DNA of 64,000 nt, taken from assembly GCA_951406725.2 (NCBI GenBank), contig OX597814.1, positions 142,352,001-142,416,000 on the forward strand. Direction: 5' to 3'. The DNA is from Octopus vulgaris. Taxonomy: Eukaryota. Both the position numbers and the translations under genes were made by a program. The notes under the pieces are model-generated. The model was not told the origin of the DNA and made no database searches. It saw only the letters and a program-made list of their open reading frames with translations. This document shows positions 56,716 to 64,000 of this stretch, one piece after another. Numbering within the stretch: position 1 is the first letter of the stretch; each line of letters begins with the position of its first letter.

Positions 56716-59259
56716 TTTAAATATATATATATACACACACACACATATACATATGTATGTATGTATTATGTAAGTATGTATCTGTGTATGCATATGCAAG
56801 TATTATGCATGTATGTATCTAGAGGGGCCCTGGTTCATGTGTTCCAGGGATTTTGAGGAGAGTGAAAACTCACCTTAGCCACTTTTTCCCAGGTCTACGC
56901 TATTTCGGAGCAGGGGCATCTGTAAAGATACCAGCTATGAGTTAAATAACAAGTGGATCGTTGGGAATAAAGAACTCCCAGTTCCCTTTAGAACTTCCTT
57001 CTAGGAGAAGGTAAACTCATGTAAAAACACGAAGTGCATTGGCTTGCGTTGTGCCACTGGTTTTATAGCTGATTGCGATGAAATCCTTCTCTATCTACCG
57101 CAAGTGATACAAGACATTTTGTAACATATTTAAAGCCTTTCAAATTTGATCTTAAAGAACCCTTGTACATACATACATACATGCATACATACATACATAC
57201 ATACATACATACATACATACATACATACATACATACATACACACACTTGTGTGCCTGTATGCATGTATATATGTGTGTGTGAGTGAGTTAGTGTCTTTGT
57301 GTTGGTCCTCCACCCCTTGAAACCGGTATTGATTTGCTTACGTCCCTGTAATTTAGTGGGTTGAGATAGGATATTAGAGTTACAAAATTAAAAGTACTGG
57401 GGTCAATTTGTTTAGCTAAACTCTTCAAGACAGTGCCCCAGCATAGCCACAGGCCAATAGCTGGAAGAGGTAGAAAATAAAATGGTTTTTAAAATACTGA
57501 CATAAGACCAACACAAAAAATAGATAAATAAATAGTATTGAAGTACTGAGAGGTTTCACTCAAACCACTTCAAGTTTGTGAAAAATAATTGTTTTTAATA
57601 ATGACACAAGGCCAGCAATTTTGAGGCTAGTGGGTAAGTCAATTAATCGACTCCATAAGTTGACTGATGCTTTATTATATCGAACCCGAAAGGATATAAC
57701 TCATAGTCGACGTCAGTGGGGTTTGAACTCAAAACGTAAAAAACCTTCAGAAATGCCGCTAAGGATGTTGTCTAACGCGCTGACGATTCTACCGTGAAAA
57801 ATAATGCTACTTCGTTTTCGATATGACAACATCAAAGTCAGAAGTGGGTGCTTTCTTCAAAGTACAATTTATTTCCATATTTTTGTTTTAAAATAACGAG
57901 TATTATTATGGAGAAATTAGAAAAAGAAACTGACAAGAATTATTATGAATTAATTTTCAGTTTCACAAGAATTAATATGGATCAATTTTCAAGTTCATAA
58001 CGATTATTATGGATTAAATTTCAAGTTCACAAACGGTATAAAGGAAAACATAAATAAACATACTGAAATAAAAATAGCACAGAAACAAAATTAATAATAA
58101 AAAAAGAAAGATAAAAGAGCTGAAGAATTTAATTTAAAGCAACCCCCTTAAGTTTTGGGAAAAAATATGCATAACAAAATAAAAATGAAAGCGTTTAGAT
58201 GGCAAAGCAATTTGAATGCTGTCTTCAGCGTCAACTGATTCCAGATTCACAAATGCCGAAAAAATTTTTTACACAGAAAGCAGCAATATTTTTGTCACTT
58301 CAGCGTGTTCAATTTGGAAAGCCTTTGCACATTTTAACGTATAAAATGAAAGACCTGTCTTCTTTTGAAATTCTATGAGTGCTTCCCTGCCAGTGTTCCC
58401 TTCCTGAGTTTTGGCCAAACGGAAGCTTTAGGCTCTTCAGCACTGTTACTGTCAGGCATATCAGCAACGTCACTGTCAGGCATATCAGCAACGTTACTGT
58501 CAAAAAGATTCTCAACCCAGCCGACAGGGCATGAATAAAACTATGCAATCAGAGAATCATTGTTTAATTTTGCTTTGTAGCTGTTTGATACGTGATATCA
58601 ATATCATCACAGGTTTACCTAAAAAAGAAAAAAAAGGAAAAAATTCTCCTAATTTTAGAAAGCAAGTATGAATTTGATTTTGTTTTTTTTTTTTTTTTGT
58701 TTTTATTTCCAGTATAAAAGCCTTGAACTAAATTCTGAAATCTTTTCTCTGGATATAATTACATGGAGGTCTTTCTCTTGTAATTCCCTATTCAATACAT
58801 TGGTATACCAAAAGAAAAACAAACGAAATGTTCTAACTAAATGAAGTAACTGAACTTTTCTGTGAGAGAGTGTTTTTGATCCACCAAATAGATTTTAAGT
58901 ACAGTTGTGGGAATCCAAATTCTCTGAAAAAATCATGACATGAAAAGCACCCCACTTCTATACGACAAAATTCCAGAATATCCATTCTTCCCACCCCTGC
59001 ATAAAGCAAAAAACAGCCATCGTCAGTATAGTGCAGGTACTTCGAGAGCATTGGCAATTTTGATTATTTCACTGATGGTTACTTCCATTTCAACATTCCA
59101 ACTACTTCATAACTAATGCCTGGTGATGGATCACACAAATAACATAAATATTAGGTCATATGTAAACAAACATAAGTTTGCTTTTGAAGCGCTGAAATGC
59201 ATTGTAATACAAGTAGAAAGATATATTTTTCAATGCGTAACTACTGATAGAACAGCATA

Positions 59260-59815
59260 TCTCTTATTATAAAAGGCAGATTTTATCTGCCTCCCTTTGT
59301 AAGTTATAGAAATCTACAATATAGGATTTCTTCAATTACAATTTACCTAGCATTTTTAAGAGTAGAATGCATCGGGTCATGCCAGGTCCAGTTTTTAAAA
59401 TTTAAACTCCAATTAAGCAAAATTTACAGAAAACTCACATTCTGGTGTGTATGTCAAATGTTTTTCTTAATGTGGTTTACACCACACGCAAACGCACACA
59501 CACACAAAGGGAGCGAATTGTTTCACTGACGCTATCACCCTTCTCCTCCTTTGTCTTTGCAAGTTTGCAGCTATTAAAGTGAAAACAGTGAATCCGACAG
59601 CGATAAAGAAAACGAATTGGTACCTGAATGGAGTGAAAATTTAAAAACTGTTTCTTTCGGTGATTTTTCTGAAGAAACTGCACCAAGCCACAGACTTTCC
59701 CAGAAGAGTAAAGCCTTAGACTATTTCTATTTACTTTTTCGAATGAGCCCATTTGAAATCATTACGCTAAACATAAACAAAGCGAAAGAAAGGATAGTTT
59801 GTTATTTCCCACAAC
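59260..59815 (+). mobile_element. Possible Helitron 5' fragment
   Basis: A|TCTCTTATTATAAAAG start resembles the A|TCTTTATATATAAGAG start at 61953; no CTAG end seen. Confidence 0.35.
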
Positions 59816-59863
59816 CTTAAATGAAATTAAGGCCTATTTTGCCATAAATATTATTATGGGTAT

Positions 59864-61603
59864 CAGAAAGTTACCCAGAATAACAAATTCTATCGTAAAA
59901 TTTTGTTGTATACCCAATTGAATATTAGCTAATAACCCATTTTCTATAGCGATGTTTGAACAAAGTTTTAATAATTTTACAGAAAGTTACCCAGAATAAC
60001 AAATTCTATCGTAAAATTTTGTTGTATACCCAATTGAATATTAGCTAATAACCCATTTTCTATAGCGATGTTTGAACAAAATTTTAATAATTTTACAGAA
60101 AGTTACCCAGAATAACAAATTCTATCGTAAAATTTTGTTGTATACCCAATTGAATATTAGCTAATAACCCATTTTCTATAGCGATGTTTGAACAAAATTT
60201 TAATAATTTTACAGAAAGTTACCCAGAATAACAAATTCTATCGTAAAATTTTGTTGTATACCCAATTGAATATTAGCTAATAACCCATTTTCTATAGCGA
60301 TGTTTGAACAAAATTTTAATAATTTTACAGAAAGTTACCCAGAATAACAAATTCTATCATAAAATTTTGTTGTATACCCAATTGAATATTAGCTAATAAC
60401 CCATTTTCTATAGCGATGTTTGAACAAAATTTTAATAATTTTACAGAAAGTTACCCAGAATAACAAATTCTATCGTAAAGTTTTGTTGTATACCCAATTG
60501 AATATTAGCTAATAACCCATTTTCTATAGCGATGTTTGAACAAAATTTTAATAATTTTACAGAAAGTTACCCAGAATAACAAATTCTATCACAAAATTTT
60601 GTTGTATACCCAATTGAATATTTGCTAATAACCCATTTTCTATAGCGATGTTTGAACAAAATTTTAATAATTTTACAGAAAGTTACCCAGAATAACAAAT
60701 TCTATTGTAAAATTTTGTTGTATACCCAATTGAATATTAGCTAATAACCCATTTTCTATAGCGATGTTTGAACAAAATTTTAATAATTTTACAGAAAGTT
60801 ACCCAGAATAACAAATTCTATCATAAAATTTTGTTGTATACCCAATTGAATATTAGCTAATAACCCATTTTCTATAGCGATGTTTGAACAAAATTTTAAT
60901 AATTTTACAGAAAGTTACCCAGAATAACAAATTCTATCGTAAAATTTTGTTGTATACCCAATTGAATATTAGCTAATAACCCATTTTCTATAGCGATGTT
61001 TGAACAAAATTTTAATAATTTTACAGAAAGTTACCCAGAATAACAAATTCTATCGTAAAGTTTTGTTGTATACCCAATTGAATATTAGCTAATAACCCAT
61101 TTTCTATAGCGATGTTTGAACAAAATTTTAATAATTTTACAGAAAGTTACCCAGAATAACAAATTCTATCACAAAATTTTGTTGTATACCCAATTGAATA
61201 TTTGCTAATAACCCATTTTCTATAGCGATGTTTGAACAAAATTTTAATAATTTTACAGAAAGTTACCCAGAATAACAAATTCTATTGTAAAATTTTGTTG
61301 TATACCCAATTGAATATTAGCTAATAACCCATTTTCTATAGCGATGTTTGAACAAAATTTTAATAATTTTACAGAAAGTTACCCAGAATAACAAATTCTA
61401 TCATAAAATTTTGTTGTATACCCAATTGAATATTAGCTAATAACCCATTTTCTATAGCGATGTTTGAACAAAATTTTAATAATTTTACAGAAAGTTACCC
61501 AGAATAACAAATTCTATCGTAAAATTTTGTTGTATACCCAATTGAATATTAGCTAATAACCCATTTTCTATAGCGATGTTTGAACAAAATTTTAATAATT
61601 TTA
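59864..61603. repeat. Tandem array, 15 x 116 bp, with a 5-monomer higher-order repeat
   Basis: Units start at 59864, 59980, 60096 ... 61488; variant pattern of units 6-10 recurs in units 11-15. Confidence 0.95.
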
Positions 61604-61843
61604 TATATTGTTGAATTTACCTGTATCTACCTGCAATTAGAGTCACTTTGTGACAAAAATTATAGTATAGAATTGGTTGAGGACATTTCATTAAATTATC
61701 TTCCAAAAATCACATTAATATATTGATAAATAAAAAAGTTATAGTTGTTTAATGAAACCAGACTAAATTTATGATTACGTTAGAAATTAATTGAAACACA
61801 TAAGGGGTGTATTTTGGTCAGAAATATAGTAACGAAAGGGTTA
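61604..61843. mobile_element. piggyBac-like MITE end
   Basis: Ends ..GTAACGAAAGGG|TTAA; the partner TIR was not found. Confidence 0.45.
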
Positions 61844-61952
61844 AGAAAAACCAAAAACTATTTTATTCTTTATAAATGTTGTATTCAAAATAACATTTTC
61901 TTTTAAGAATGCGTATATAACAAAGTATGTGTATATAACTACGTGGCTTATA

Positions 61953-62349
61953 TCTTTATATATAAGAGTGAAGTTGTGTGTCTGTCTCCTACGATTTAGA
62001 TTCCTAACTACTCCCACATTTTGCGGTGCAGTGTAACCAAAACCGGGTATCTTATAGTCGTGAGTCATATCGAGCCCTTCTGGGTATTAGCGCGCGTCTA
62101 CGATGAGTCTACGATTTAAAAAAATTTACCATCATATTTTTCCATTTTAATGGATTTTTTTCGCTATTATATAAGGGAAGTAACTCTCTAAAAATATCTA
62201 CGATGTGTCAACGATTTAAAAAGAAATTTACCTTAATTTGTTTTCCATTTTTAATGCATTTTTTTGCTATTTTTTGGCTATAACTCTCTAAAAATGCTTA
62301 TATAGTTATTTCCCTTACAAACCCGAGCAACGCCGGGCGATACTGCTAG
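61953..62349 (+). mobile_element. Non-autonomous Helitron, both ends intact
   Basis: A|TC start, subterminal hairpin CCCG-AGCAACGC-CGGG, CTAG|T end, no TSD. Confidence 0.85.
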
Positions 62350-64000
62350 TATAGACTAAAATCCAGCAATAGCTGGGAAGTTAGCCCATCGACAAACCGG
62401 CATCCCGTTCAGGGAAGGGGGTTTGTAATCTCAATCATACGTCACGGAAACCCGCTTAAGCACCTTGTCTTATGCGTCATGGAGCTTATGACGAATCTAA
62501 GTCAGGATGGGTGCCAAAATTAGACATTTTTATTTGCTCCTAGAAAATGGCGAAGGTGAATTATCAAATACGCCAGTGTACTAAGAATTGGGTGTCTTCA
62601 GTCAACATATATAACAGCAGAAAAATGTTAGAGAACACTTGATTTCAGCCTCTTTCAATCGTATACACTTTGGTAAATAAATAATTCTCATCAACCCCAT
62701 ACGTTTAAAAAAAAACCCTTTAATGAACTCCATTCAAAATTTGACACTTTTCTTGAAAAACAACATTCCTCGTTTGTTTTTTCTTGCACTAAATATTGTA
62801 CTGTGGCTATGATGCTGCTCAAGATTTATTGTTTAATAACATATTCTTGAACAGCTAACATTTCATTAAAATGTTTGAAATTAAAAGGGTTATGTACGTG
62901 AGTATTTCGGAATTATATCGGGACAGATCGAATTGGAACTTCTAATAAAAAGATTCGTGGAACTGTTCACAGACTAGGGCATTAATCTTGTTTCCAAACA
63001 TGATTCCATAGAATTAAGTTAATGATAAAACCAAAATCTTACTTGATTGGGAGTTAGTCTAGATTCATAAGCTGTAACAGCCCACATACTGATTGAATAA
63101 AGATTAAACATTGGTTATATAGGACTTTGGAAACGTGTCATTCAGTAAAAAAATATTCACAAATTTTCATTCGACACAAGAAACTTTGATATAGATATGT
63201 TCCAAGTGAAGATATAATAACCATGCTATATACAAATAAAAGCTATATCCAAATCCTTGGATACATTTTACAACATAGAGCATGCTGTCTCTCTTCTCTC
63301 TTTCCCCTTCTCTCTTTCTCTCTCTCTCTCTCTCCGTCACACGCGCGCGTACACGGAAAGTTTGGTAAAAGTTCGGGTATGAATTTGATTCCAAACATTA
63401 TTATTCATTACCCTAAGAAAGATAAAAGAGATCAAAGTAATAAGCTGCTTATCTACATATACGCATAAAGATGATATACGAAAGTATGTATATCTTTGTA
63501 TACATATATGCATACAAAAATATCAGTACATAAAAGGAAACATATATATATATATGGAAATATATGCAATTTTAAAGCGTTGGAGATGCAATTATACACT
63601 AAGCTTCCTAGAGTATCTGAGACCATTAAAAAAGGAGATCGTTCTGCTGGACACCGGCAGAGAAATAAAGAGAAACTGGTTAGTGATACTATGTTTTACT
63701 ATATATCAGCATGGTCGAAGACGAATTGGTGCCCTGCAAAAATATATGTCGATATGATGCCATTGGATACCACTGAAAGGAGCTATCACTTGTCACGGAA
63801 GATAGCAATTGGTGGAGGATCGGGATCATGCGAAAATGAGCACGGGCTGGAGCAGATTATGGCGAGAATGTGATATTTAGAACCAACCTAATTAGTAACA
63901 TCAAATATTTTAGAATTTATCTTGTAGCTGCTTCGAAGTCGCGTGGCCCAATTGTTAAGGTGGATATGGTTTAATCTAACATGGCTTCATCAGTGTTAAT

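Noticed and set aside
59864-61603. CRISPR-like array
   Set aside because: No unique spacers and no cas genes; whole units repeat in a eukaryotic context.
63496-63873. 125-aa ORF as a host exon
   Set aside because: It begins in low-complexity DNA; the rest only weakly resembles a LINE ORF2 C-terminus and has no splice support.

Overview
AT-rich, microsatellite-saturated eukaryotic DNA. The repeat families suggest an octopus/cephalopod genome (inference). I found no intact host gene; most listed ORFs are translations of (TA)n, (CA)n or (TATG)n. The window is almost all mobile-element debris: two tRNA-derived SINE families and an RTE-tailed SINE; decayed LINEs (Tx1-like RT and ORF1, CR1-like RT, R4/Dong-like, HERO-like); mariner and hAT MITEs; non-autonomous Helitrons; a 15 x 116-bp array with a 5-mer higher-order repeat; and many Penelope-like (PLE) remnants. 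The main hidden signal is RNA structure: more than a dozen hammerhead ribozyme (HHR) motifs in PLE-type repeats. One family (minus strand at 12347-12410, 41014-41078 and 52115-52176; truncated copies near 24800 and 27020) has the three HHR core strands in the order NUH - GAAA - CUGANGA. That is not a circular permutation (types I/II/III), and stems I and III show compensatory changes between copies. It is a candidate rearranged hammerhead ribozyme. All structures were read by eye and are untested; repeat boundaries are approximate.
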